51,950 nucleotides of DNA from Candidatus Parvarchaeum acidiphilum ARMAN-4. Lineage in GTDB: Archaea; Nanobdellota; Nanobdellia; Parvarchaeales; Parvarchaeaceae. Shown here piece after piece: positions 1-8,449 of the stretch. Below the pieces are notes generated by a model that was not told the origin of the DNA, searched no databases, and saw only the letters and a list, made by a program, of their open reading frames with translations. Numbering within the stretch: the first letter of the stretch is position 1; each line of letters begins with the position of its first letter. The DNA is taken from NCBI GenBank assembly GCA_002412065.1, contig GG730042.1, positions 1 through 51,950 on the forward strand, given 5' to 3'. The position numbers and the translations under genes are program-made.

Positions 1-1067
1 ATGGGTTGATTGGATAGTGAAGCTCCAGTATAAACAAAACCAAGATCAGATGCATATCCTGTTATACTTATTACGTTTATTGTAGTACCACTTGGTCCTG
101 TAACACGTGAGGGAGCTCCAGTATTTCCTTCGAAATTGAAATCTGTTAAGGGAGTGTTTCCATTAAAATAAAGAGCAAAGACTTTTGCACCGTCATCGTA
201 TTCTGCATATGTTGATGATAGTTGGGGAGCTTCACCGTCGTTTACTGTGTTGAATAGATTTGTTGATGTTGGTGCTATTCCCATATAAACTGTTATTGAA
301 GAACTTGCAGGTATGCTGCCTAACTTAATCCACCAGATTGCACTGCTACCTGTATAACTTTCCAGCCATGAAGGTATAACTGTTCCGTTGCTGTAGAAAA
401 ATTCAACGTTTTGACCGAAATTGCCGTTGGATATAAGCTGCCAGCCGTTGTCTGCCGATGTCATGTTTACCATCTGCTGGAATGGATTTGATGTTGCTGA
501 ACTTTGAGTATTCTTTATTGTCAGCTTTGAGACTGCTGCAAAAGTGTAATTTGCTGGATATATTACTGTAGGTGTAGAGCCTGTTATACTGCCTGTCGAT
601 ACATATGGACCTGGTAATGGCTGGCTTATTTCCTTATAGGTTATTGTAACTGCTGTTGATATATGGGAACCTTGATTTGCTGCTGTAAACAGCTTTGATA
701 ATACTAAAACCTGTGATTTTCCTGGTAATAGGGTTATATTTGGCTCAATTGTTACTTTTCCTCCTGTTGTTGTAGTTGCTGTTATATTTGTTATTTCTAT
801 TGGATATCCTACCGAATTTTGTACTGATAATGATAAACCACCATTATCTGTAAAGATTGCTGAGGATACTGGAGTGCTTGAGAAGCCTGTTATTGTTGTT
901 GATATGCTTGATGATGGATTGAAGATACCCATGCTGTATAGGATTACTGCTACTATGACTATGATTAGGATAGCCCAGCCATAGGTCATCATGTACTCTA
1001 ATGCTGATTGTGATCTCCTTTTTGTTAAAAGAGTTAAATCCTTTTTGTTTAAGGCTTTAAATGACAT
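1..1067 (-). CDS. Class III signal (pilin-like) surface protein with DUF2341-like domain; 3' end runs off the window
   Basis: Not in the ORF track. Manual translation from ATG 1067: MSFKALNKKDLTLLTKRRSQSALEYMMTYGWAILIIVIVAVILYSMGIFNPSSS...NPFQQMVNMTS...GQNVEFFYSNGTVIPSWLE...NDGEAPQL, open to base 1. Paralog of 23163..24701. Confidence 0.85.
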   Translation of the reverse strand, partial: MSFKALNKKDLTLLTKRRSQSALEYMMTYGWAILIIVIVAVILYSMGIFNPSSSISTTITGFSSTPVSSAIFTDNGGLSLSVQNSVGYPIEITNITATTTTGGKVTIEPNITLLPGKSQVLVLSKLFTAANQGSHISTAVTITYKEISQPLPGPYVSTGSITGSTPTVIYPANYTFAAVSKLTIKNTQSSATSNPFQQMVNMTSADNGWQLISNGNFGQNVEFFYSNGTVIPSWLESYTGSSAIWWIKLGSIPASSSITVYMGIAPTSTNLFNTVNDGEAPQLSSTYAEYDDGAKVFALYFNGNTPLTDFNFEGNTGAPSRVTGPSGTTINVISITGYASDLGFVYTGASLSNQP

Positions 1068-1102
1068 ATTATTGGATGGAAAGTAAAGGATATAAATATT
1101 TC
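1048..1102 (-). repeat. Promoter/5' block shared with the paralog at 23128..23182 (inverted copy)
   Basis: Reverse complement GAAATATTTATATCCTTTACTTTCCATCCAATAATATG(T/C)CATTTAAAGCCTTAAA matches 23128..23182 with one mismatch. Contains TATA-like TTTATAT about 25 nt upstream of the ATG. Confidence 0.9.
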
Positions 1103-1205
1103 GCGGCTTACCTTATAGGCATTATAAATAATTAGGTAATTTATTTGTTTTTCTATTTTATTTCATTTTGGTAAGTTATTTAACATTTCCTTTACTATAT
1201 GAATA

Positions 1206-1919
1206 ATGCAAAATAATGACCCATTTGTGGACGTGGATGTAGGTAATATAATAGATGAATATTTAGAGGAAAAATCAAGGCCCAAAACAATCGGAGCATA
1301 TTATCCTAGTGAAATAGGCATGTGCATGCGTAGAAGCTATTACTCTTATTTTATATCAAAACCAACGGAAACCAGCGCACTCAGGATATTTGCCCTTGGA
1401 AATAACGTCCACGAATTTATAGCCAAGGCCCTTAAAGGGTCAAGTACTTTAGCCGTGGCAGAAGAAGAAAAACCTATAAGGATAACATATGCAGATGAAA
1501 ACACGAAATTCACAATATACGGTAGGATAGATGATTACATTGAGACAAAAACAGGCAAAAAGATAATAATAGAAGCTAAATCAACTGGCGATATCACAAA
1601 AGTAAACGAGCCGGATCCAAAACACAAGATGCAAATCTCATTGTATTTAGCGGCACAGAAAGCAGATTACGGCCTTTTAGTCTATGCAGACAAGAAAAAC
1701 TTAGAGATAAAACAGTTCAAGGTAGAATACAACGAAGAAGAGTACAAAAAAGTGATGCAAAGATTCAAAGACCTAGATTACCATTTAAGGAATGAGATAT
1801 TACCGCCCGCTGAATATTATTTTGACAATAAAAAAGTCTGGGAATGCAAGTACTGTCCTTATTACAAAGAATGCATGCAGGCTTTGGCGGATTCAAATTC
1901 TTTGGAGAATTATCAATGA
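1206..1919 (+). CDS. cas4: Solo Cas4-like PD-(D/E)XK (RecB-family) nuclease with Fe-S cysteines
   Basis: N-terminal PSEIGMCMRR, GRIDD...IIEAKS, HKMQISLY, and C-terminal WECKYCPYYKEC (1+3 Cys). Confidence 0.8.
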   Translation: MQNNDPFVDVDVGNIIDEYLEEKSRPKTIGAYYPSEIGMCMRRSYYSYFISKPTETSALRIFALGNNVHEFIAKALKGSSTLAVAEEEKPIRITYADENTKFTIYGRIDDYIETKTGKKIIIEAKSTGDITKVNEPDPKHKMQISLYLAAQKADYGLLVYADKKNLEIKQFKVEYNEEEYKKVMQRFKDLDYHLRNEILPPAEYYFDNKKVWECKYCPYYKECMQALADSNSLENYQ

Positions 1920-1923
1920 AAGA

Positions 1924-2301
1924 TTAGCTGCCTTTAACTTCTTTGTATACCTTTTTTACAGCGTCTAATCCAACAGTAGCGCATTTTACTCTTGAAATAC
2001 TTATATCTTCAATACCTAATAGACTTTCAACGTCTTTTAGTTCCATTTTTTCTATTTCCTTTAAAGGTTTCCCGATCAAGAAACTGCATAATTTTGACAA
2101 TGAGACTGTTGAGATTACACATCCTTTACCGTCGAAAGACGCATCTTTTACTATTCCATTTTCAACGTCTAGATAAACTGAAAACTTATCCCCGCAGGAA
2201 GGGGAATATCCATTCTCAGAGTAATTATATTTACTAAGTTTCCCATAATGCTCTGGGTTTCTGTATAGCTCTACCAACTCATAAAATTTATCGTCTTCCA
2301 T
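1924..2301 (-). CDS. sufU: Fe-S cluster scaffold/sulfur transfer protein SufU/IscU
   Basis: YRNPEHYG, PSCGD, GCVIS and RVKCA motifs; overlaps sufS. Confidence 0.9.
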   Translation of the reverse strand: MEDDKFYELVELYRNPEHYGKLSKYNYSENGYSPSCGDKFSVYLDVENGIVKDASFDGKGCVISTVSLSKLCSFLIGKPLKEIEKMELKDVESLLGIEDISISRVKCATVGLDAVKKVYKEVKGS

Positions 2302-3505
2302 ATTTCACTGCTATATTATTTAATTCCTCTATGAAAATATCTATTTCCTCTTTTGTGTTGTAAAAGTAAAGACTTGCCCTTGCGGCTCCATCTAATTTTA
2401 GCCTGTCTTCTATCAAAGGCTGAGCACAATGGAAACCAGATCTAACTGCGATTCCTTTTTTATCTAGAAGATAGGCAGTGTCATGTGAATGCAATCCAAT
2501 TACATTAAAAGAAAAAATTCCACTAAATCTTCTGCTCTTTCCACTGTATACCTCTACGTTTTTAAGTTCTTTTGCCTTCTCATACAGGTAAGTGGTAAGC
2601 TCATTTTCATATTTTTCTATGTTTTCCATACCTACTTTGTTTAGATAATCAACCGCCAAACCTAATCCATAAGCCCCTTCAATATTTTGTGTGCCTGCTT
2701 CAAAAAGATTCGGAGTGTTTTCATAGATTACTTTTGATAGACTAACATCCTTTATCATTTCACCCCCTGTTAAGAATGGCTTTAGATTTTCTGCTATGTC
2801 TTTTTTTATGTATAAAACACCTATACCGAATGGAGCAAGCATTTTATGGCCGGAAAATGCAACAAAATCTGCGCCAATGTTTTTAATATCGAATGGAATG
2901 TGAGGAACGGACTGGGCCGCATCTATTAACACTAGGGAACCCTGCTCATGTGCAAGCCTAGTTATTTCCTTTATGTCGTTTATTGTTCCGGTGACATTTG
3001 AAGCGTGGGTCAGTGCAACCAGGCGGGTATTTTTCGGCAGCTTCTTGTAATAATCCATGTCTAACTCATAATCATCTGATACTGAAACTATATCTACATT
3101 TACTCCTTTTTCTTTTAGCTGCAGCCATGGCAGAAGATTTGAATGATGCTCCATATAAGTAGTTGAAACTCTGTCCCCTTTTTTAAATGGAAAAGAAAAT
3201 GAAACCAGATTTATTGCTTCTGTTGTATTCCTTACGAAAACTATCTCTTCCGGCTCTGCATTTATGAAATCAGCAACCTTTTTTCTCGCTTCATTGTAAT
3301 TTTTTGTTGCTTCTTCAGCTAAACTGTGTATGCTCCTTATCGGATTTGCATTGATATTTTCATAGAAATATTTAATTCCGTTTATAACGGTTGAAGGCTT
3401 CTGTGAAGTAGCCGCATTATCTAAGTATACTAATTTATTGCCATTGATTTCCTTGCTCAAAATTGGAAAATCCTTACGTATTTTTTCTACATCAATATTA
3501 CTCAT
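2288..3505 (-). CDS. sufS: Cysteine desulfurase, SufS group II
   Basis: YLDNAATSQKP, EHHSN, FSGHKM (PLP Lys), RSGFHCAQP. Confidence 0.95.
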   Translation of the reverse strand: MSNIDVEKIRKDFPILSKEINGNKLVYLDNAATSQKPSTVINGIKYFYENINANPIRSIHSLAEEATKNYNEARKKVADFINAEPEEIVFVRNTTEAINLVSFSFPFKKGDRVSTTYMEHHSNLLPWLQLKEKGVNVDIVSVSDDYELDMDYYKKLPKNTRLVALTHASNVTGTINDIKEITRLAHEQGSLVLIDAAQSVPHIPFDIKNIGADFVAFSGHKMLAPFGIGVLYIKKDIAENLKPFLTGGEMIKDVSLSKVIYENTPNLFEAGTQNIEGAYGLGLAVDYLNKVGMENIEKYENELTTYLYEKAKELKNVEVYSGKSRRFSGIFSFNVIGLHSHDTAYLLDKKGIAVRSGFHCAQPLIEDRLKLDGAARASLYFYNTKEEIDIFIEELNNIAVKYGRR

Positions 3506-3549
3506 AGCACTACCTATACATTATTATTTATAAATATAACGCCGTTATA

Positions 3550-4188
3550 TTAATCCAATAAATCTAAAACTGAAATCTTTCCGCAAATTGACAAAGCCGT
3601 TTGATTTTCAAAAGCTTTTTTCATAGCAAGCATGGTAAGTGTAAAATCGGATTTTACTGCTTCCTTAAATTCTCCTGTGTCACCATTCATTCCTGTTGGT
3701 ATGTCTATGCTGATTTTCTTAGCCTGTGAATTATTTATTAAATCAATTAAATCGGATACTAAAGGTGGCAGCTCTCCATGGAAACCCATACCAAATATAC
3801 CTACAACTAAAAGATCAGCATTGGAAACGCTGTCTTTTATTTTAATTAAATCTGCAGGATCAGAAAGGAATTTTACAGGAACGCTTTTTGTATCATTTAG
3901 AAGGTGGATAAAGTTGTCTGACTCTTCCTTTAAACTATCAGGTTTGCCAACGACAAAAACCTCTAAATCAAAATGATTTAAATTAAACAGATGAAACGCT
4001 GTAGATAGTGTATCGCCGCCATTATTTCCAGGCCCTGCTATGAAAACTGCCTTCTTGAATACTAAGTTTTTAACAATAAAATCCGATGCGAGATGCCCAG
4101 CGGTGTCTATCATCTTTTCTTCTGTCATCCCTTTTCTTATTGCTTCCTGCTCTATTTTCCTTATATCGTCTATGCTGTAGTATTCCAT
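3550..4188 (-). CDS. nnrE: NAD(P)H-hydrate epimerase (stand-alone YjeF N-domain)
   Basis: GPGNNGGD, GIFGMGFHG, SIDIPTG motifs. Confidence 0.85.
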   Translation of the reverse strand: MEYYSIDDIRKIEQEAIRKGMTEEKMIDTAGHLASDFIVKNLVFKKAVFIAGPGNNGGDTLSTAFHLFNLNHFDLEVFVVGKPDSLKEESDNFIHLLNDTKSVPVKFLSDPADLIKIKDSVSNADLLVVGIFGMGFHGELPPLVSDLIDLINNSQAKKISIDIPTGMNGDTGEFKEAVKSDFTLTMLAMKKAFENQTALSICGKISVLDLLD

Positions 4189-4296
4189 GTTTTATATACT
4201 GCAGTAATTCTATTAATTTGTAGTTGTGGCCTTTGTATAATTTGGATATAAATAAAATCTAGAAAGTGTTTGCTTACGTTATAGCTAAAATATAAT

Positions 4297-5433
4297 TTAA
4301 ATTGCTATGTGCAGATAAACTGAAGCAAGATGTCCTACTAGGAAAGTCACAAACGCAGCAGTTAAACTAAGAAGCAACGCTCTTCCAACATACCTAAAGA
4401 CTTTCTCATTGGAGTTTAATGCTATTATCAGCGACGTAAAGGCAATTGCTATTGAAGCTAAGACAACTGATATGACTAAGTTGTAGTAAGTGTTAGATTT
4501 TATAATGGAACCTATAAGGAAACTTATCAGCGGGATAATTGCACCGAATACATAAAAAACGCCTACATACAAAGCATCCTTGAATGGATTCACAGAATCG
4601 TTGCTTGTGTAAACCTTGCCATTCCCACCTATAAAATTCTTTAAAGGGTTGTCTCTTTCGCGCTCAAGCACTTTATAAACTGGATCTTTTTCCTTTTTTA
4701 ATTTTAATATCAAATCCTCCAAGCCTTTGTCAAATTTTTTATAGTTCAAGGAATGCCTCTCTAAATCCTCCTTTAATCTTTCTTTAGCAACCTGTAACTC
4801 CAGCTCTAAGCGGTTTATTCCGCTGAACTCCAGATCTTTTTCAGATTTTGAAGAAAGATAGGCACCAACGGCCATTGAAATCGTGCCTGATAAACCTACT
4901 ATGGTACCAGCAACTGCGATAAGCAGGTTGTTATGTATAGCTCCTGTGAAACCTGCGACTGCGGCCAAGAACTCTACTAATCCATCATTCATCCCAAAAA
5001 CTACATCTCTTATGTGGGATAACACGCCGTTCTCCCAGGATTCCTTTTTAAGTAACCTTTCCTGATACATCTCTTCCACTAAATAGTCCACGACTTTTTC
5101 TCTTTGTTTGTTTGGAATATCTTGAAAAACCTTTGATAGATCCGACATCTTTCTTGTTTCAAGGGAATTTATCAAGCTTAATGTTAAGCCGCTACCAAAT
5201 AGCCTTCTTAGCAGGACAAAAAGGAAAACTTCAACTTTGTTTTTATTTTCCTTGACGGATATGTTCAGTTCTTTGTATATCTCTGTCCATACCTTAATGT
5301 GCTTTACGTCAAGCTCTTTAAGCTCCTTGAGCTTCTTTTTCATCTCTTTGTTTCTTTCAAGTCTCTCAAGTTTTGAATAAAGCTGATAAGACAATCGTTC
5401 TGAGTTCAAAACCTTTTTTATTTCATCCGACAT
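4297..5433 (-). CDS. VIT1/CCC1 family Fe/Mn transporter with N-terminal ferritin-like domain
   Basis: IRDVVFGMNDGLV, SMAVGAYLSSKSE and C-terminal TM helices; rubrerythrin-like N-terminus. Confidence 0.85.
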   Translation of the reverse strand: MSDEIKKVLNSERLSYQLYSKLERLERNKEMKKKLKELKELDVKHIKVWTEIYKELNISVKENKNKVEVFLFVLLRRLFGSGLTLSLINSLETRKMSDLSKVFQDIPNKQREKVVDYLVEEMYQERLLKKESWENGVLSHIRDVVFGMNDGLVEFLAAVAGFTGAIHNNLLIAVAGTIVGLSGTISMAVGAYLSSKSEKDLEFSGINRLELELQVAKERLKEDLERHSLNYKKFDKGLEDLILKLKKEKDPVYKVLERERDNPLKNFIGGNGKVYTSNDSVNPFKDALYVGVFYVFGAIIPLISFLIGSIIKSNTYYNLVISVVLASIAIAFTSLIIALNSNEKVFRYVGRALLLSLTAAFVTFLVGHLASVYLHIAI

Positions 5434-5474
5434 GATTAATCAAAACCTACCTTTAAAATATAAATTTATTCTAA

Positions 5475-5810
5475 CTAGCCGGTAAATGGATGGGTCGGCT
5501 TAGACTTGTCAAAAAATCCCTTGTACTTGTCCCATATCTGCTGGCCGGCCTCTTGCGAAAGAATATCTGTTACTGTTTCTGGCCGCATGAAAACACCCTG
5601 CGCTTGTATAAGTCCATTAAAACGTACTATAACAAAATCATCGTCTTTTGGATTTACATTCCCTATCTCGCATGTTATTATGTTATTATCCCACATTTCT
5701 ATGACTGCTTTTTGTTTTTTATCCACGTTTTTAGAATTGTTTTTGTTAATTACCTTAACGATCTTTCCAATGTGATAAAATACCAATTCCTTTGCTTTTT
5801 TTTCTTCCAT
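5475..5810 (-). CDS. Hypothetical protein (small, beta-rich)
   Basis: ATG-started 111-aa ORF with natural composition; overlapping + strand ORFs look like shadows. Confidence 0.65.
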   Translation of the reverse strand: MEEKKAKELVFYHIGKIVKVINKNNSKNVDKKQKAVIEMWDNNIITCEIGNVNPKDDDFVIVRFNGLIQAQGVFMRPETVTDILSQEAGQQIWDKYKGFFDKSKPTHPFTG

Positions 5811-5963
5811 CTTAATAAACTATAATTTTTTTAATATTAAACGCTATTGTTTATTGCAATTTATGCTTTATTAACCTTGTCTAAAAATTATATTTAAGGA
5901 ATATTAAATAGCTTTTCGCAGGGGTTTAAATATAAATATGACAAAAGGTATTACTTCTTTATT

Positions 5964-6281
5964 GTGGAAACAAAGCCTTTTGTGAAAAAACAAAATGTGA
6001 TGAGGAATACTGACATAACTGCTGAACCTGGCAAAGAATTTGTGTTTAGGTTAAAAGATGGAAAAGAAGTTGGCAGGGCCGGCACATTAAATGGCTTTGA
6101 AAGCCTGATAAGGACTTTGCCTTCGGACTCTTTGGAATTTCATAATAATGGAAAACACTTTTCAGCTTGGCTACGTTACCTCAAGCAGGATAAAATCGCA
6201 AATGCGTTTGACAGGATAGACTCAAAAGGAGAACTATTAAGAAAAGACTTATTAAATGCTATAAAACTTAATAAATTATAA
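5964..6281 (+). CDS. DUF5752-like small protein
   Basis: FVFRLKDG..A.TL..F...I..LP.DSLEFH...HFSAWL pattern. Confidence 0.6.
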   Translation: METKPFVKKQNVMRNTDITAEPGKEFVFRLKDGKEVGRAGTLNGFESLIRTLPSDSLEFHNNGKHFSAWLRYLKQDKIANAFDRIDSKGELLRKDLLNAIKLNKL

Positions 6282-6599
6282 TTTACAGTCTAAAGTAGAA
6301 TTATAGCCGTGTGGATAATCCAACATAAAAACTTTCTTCCCGTCTTTAGCTTTGCAGGAATAAACATAGAAAGGAATAGAATCGGACCAGCCTTGATATC
6401 TTCTCTTGTCAATCTCTACGAACCCCCTCAACGCAAGTTTTAAAGCCTTTATATAATTCAATTTAATCTCTTCAAATTCTTGTGTAGCTTTGTTATAGAC
6501 TTTGACTTTATGTCCTGTTATATAAGTCTTATCCAATAAACTATCCAAATTTGGATTGTACCAAATTGACATTCTTGTCATAAAATTTGATGAAAACAA
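6276..6599 (-). CDS. Hypothetical protein
   Basis: 107-aa ORF with GW..IPFY.YSC...YPHG...C pattern; true start may be a downstream ATG. Confidence 0.6.
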   Translation of the reverse strand: MFSSNFMTRMSIWYNPNLDSLLDKTYITGHKVKVYNKATQEFEEIKLNYIKALKLALRGFVEIDKRRYQGWSDSIPFYVYSCKAKDGKKVFMLDYPHGYNSTLDCKL

Positions 6600-6728
6600 C
6601 TAATATTTAAACCTTTATTTGCATTTTTACATGAAAAGACCATTAACTTAAGATTATTGCTTATTAAACAAACCTCAAAATAGTAAATATAGATAGCCTT
6701 TCAATTCTTAAAAATCTTTTAATCAACA

Positions 6729-8027
6729 CTAATTGGTAAGGTTTAATTCTTCTTTTATTATAAGCTCTGCCTTGTTTATTATTGATGGAGAAAAGGCAAT
6801 GTTTAATTCCCTTGTTCTACCGTATCTCCCGTGGCTTTTTATACGGGACATTACCAAAGAATTATAATCCATGTCTGCAATCAAATCTGAAACTCTTCTA
6901 AATGTCAAACTTTTCAGGCCAAATTTATCTGAAAGCTTTAAGTATGCATCATAAACCTCGCCGCTGTATACTTTTCCCATTCTTTTAGTTCTTGCGACTG
7001 AGATTATAGAGAGAAGAATACATTTACTCTGCCTAGTCATTGATTTTATCATGCCTTCAGTTATGTTTTGCTCAAGTGATTCCGCTGCTGTATCAAGTTC
7101 TTCTTCAGTTATTATTGATTTCCCCAGCTGCTGTGTTCTCTCACCGGCAACCTTCAACAAGTCCAAAGCTTTTCTTATGTCACCGTGCTCCTGGGCAACC
7201 ATTGCAGCGCATTTCCTTAAAACCCCTTCATTCAATGCATTATCATAAAATGCATCTTTAGAGCGGTTTAATAGAATATCAAATATTTCATCTGCATTGT
7301 AAGGCCTGAATATTATCTCTACAGGATTCAAAGAGCTCCTTACTCTCTGATCTAATGATGCTTTAAGATCGATGTTGTTTGAAATTCCGATTATTGCGAT
7401 CTTTGCGTGTTTCAAGGATTCATTCAACCTCAAAAGGCTGTATAATACTCCATCGCCTGCATGCTGTATAAGCTTCTCTATTTCATCCAATACTAGTATA
7501 AGATATGTACTCTCTGCATCTATGGTTTTGACAAGTCTTTTGTATAGGCTGTTAACTGAAAGGCCGCTTTCCGGGACATTTATATTGAAGACAGCACAGA
7601 GATTTGCAATAAGCCTGTATTCAGTGTTATTGTTTTCCAGTCTGCAGTTTATGTAAACCGGAAGCACGTTCGCTTTTTTCTCTTCTGCCGAACTTGCCAA
7701 TTTTTTAGCAACAAATTTTGTTACCAAAGACTTGCCTGTTCCTGAAAAGCCGTATACCAACACATTGGAGATTCCTTCAAACAACAGACTTGGGGCCATT
7801 ATCCTTGAAAGAGTTGCTATTTCATTGTTCCTGTGCATTATGCCTTCCGGGACAAATGAAGAAGACAACACATCTTTGTTCTTGAATATGCGCTTGCTGG
7901 TAAGAAACTCATTGAATATGGCAATAGGATCAACGTTGCTTATTTTATCTGTATCTGTTTTCTGGAAAAAATCATTATTGGATTGAAAGGCTTCCATATG
8001 TTCGTAAATTATTCTATCTTTACTCAT
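6729..8027 (-). CDS. cdc6: Orc1/Cdc6 replication initiator
   Basis: Walker A GFSGTGKS, YINC, Walker B LVLDEIE, RVRSSL, FRPYNADE, GDIRKALD, C-terminal wHTH with GRYGRTR. Confidence 0.95.
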   Translation of the reverse strand: MSKDRIIYEHMEAFQSNNDFFQKTDTDKISNVDPIAIFNEFLTSKRIFKNKDVLSSSFVPEGIMHRNNEIATLSRIMAPSLLFEGISNVLVYGFSGTGKSLVTKFVAKKLASSAEEKKANVLPVYINCRLENNNTEYRLIANLCAVFNINVPESGLSVNSLYKRLVKTIDAESTYLILVLDEIEKLIQHAGDGVLYSLLRLNESLKHAKIAIIGISNNIDLKASLDQRVRSSLNPVEIIFRPYNADEIFDILLNRSKDAFYDNALNEGVLRKCAAMVAQEHGDIRKALDLLKVAGERTQQLGKSIITEEELDTAAESLEQNITEGMIKSMTRQSKCILLSIISVARTKRMGKVYSGEVYDAYLKLSDKFGLKSLTFRRVSDLIADMDYNSLVMSRIKSHGRYGRTRELNIAFSPSIINKAELIIKEELNLTN

Positions 8028-8135
8028 TTAAATAACTATTATTAATTTTAATTATGTCATTCTAATTATATAAACTTAATCACAGTGATTGAAACATAAT
8101 TTTGCTTTATAAATTCATTTAACTAAAAACACAGA

Positions 8136-8349
8136 GACACCTACGTTTCTTATGGAGAATCATCTAAATAATTTTTTATACTGTTTAATCCTATATATAT
8201 CTATATATTCTATATAGAATTATAATAAATATAATAATAAGGCTTCCATAGGAAATATAGGGGTGTTCCATAGGAAATAATTTTCATCAAAGCAGCTCGA
8301 TTGTAAGTCAAATGCAACGACGGTTTGTTCCATAGGAAATAGGGGTGTC
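8136..8349. promoter_or_regulatory. Putative replication origin (oriC): ORB boxes flanking an AT-rich DUE
   Basis: Direct boxes TTCCATAGGAAATATAGGGGTGT (8244-8266), GTTCCATAGGAAATA (8265-8279) and GTTCCATAGGAAATAGGGGTGTC (8327-8349). Inverted box at 8136-8157 reads CTCCATAAGAAACGTAGGTGTC on the minus strand. Nearly pure A/T at 8160-8240. Adjacent to cdc6. Confidence 0.88.
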
Positions 8350-8449
8350 CCTGTACCCCATATATATAGTATTCTTTACTACTAAATAAAAGTAATTTGA
8401 TAGAAAGCTTTAAATATGAGTAACTTCCATAAACTTAAATCAAAAAATT

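Noticed and set aside
1068-1923. CRISPR-Cas locus suggested by the Cas4-like gene
   Set aside because: No repeat-spacer array or other cas genes seen in the window.
7987-7998. AAGGCTTCCATA inside cdc6, matching 8239-8250
   Set aside because: Lacks the GGAAA half and G-string and lies in coding sequence; probably chance.
8244-8349. TTCCATAGGAAATA repeats as a mini-CRISPR
   Set aside because: Too short and irregularly spaced, with G-strings and an inverted copy next to cdc6; ORBs explain them better.
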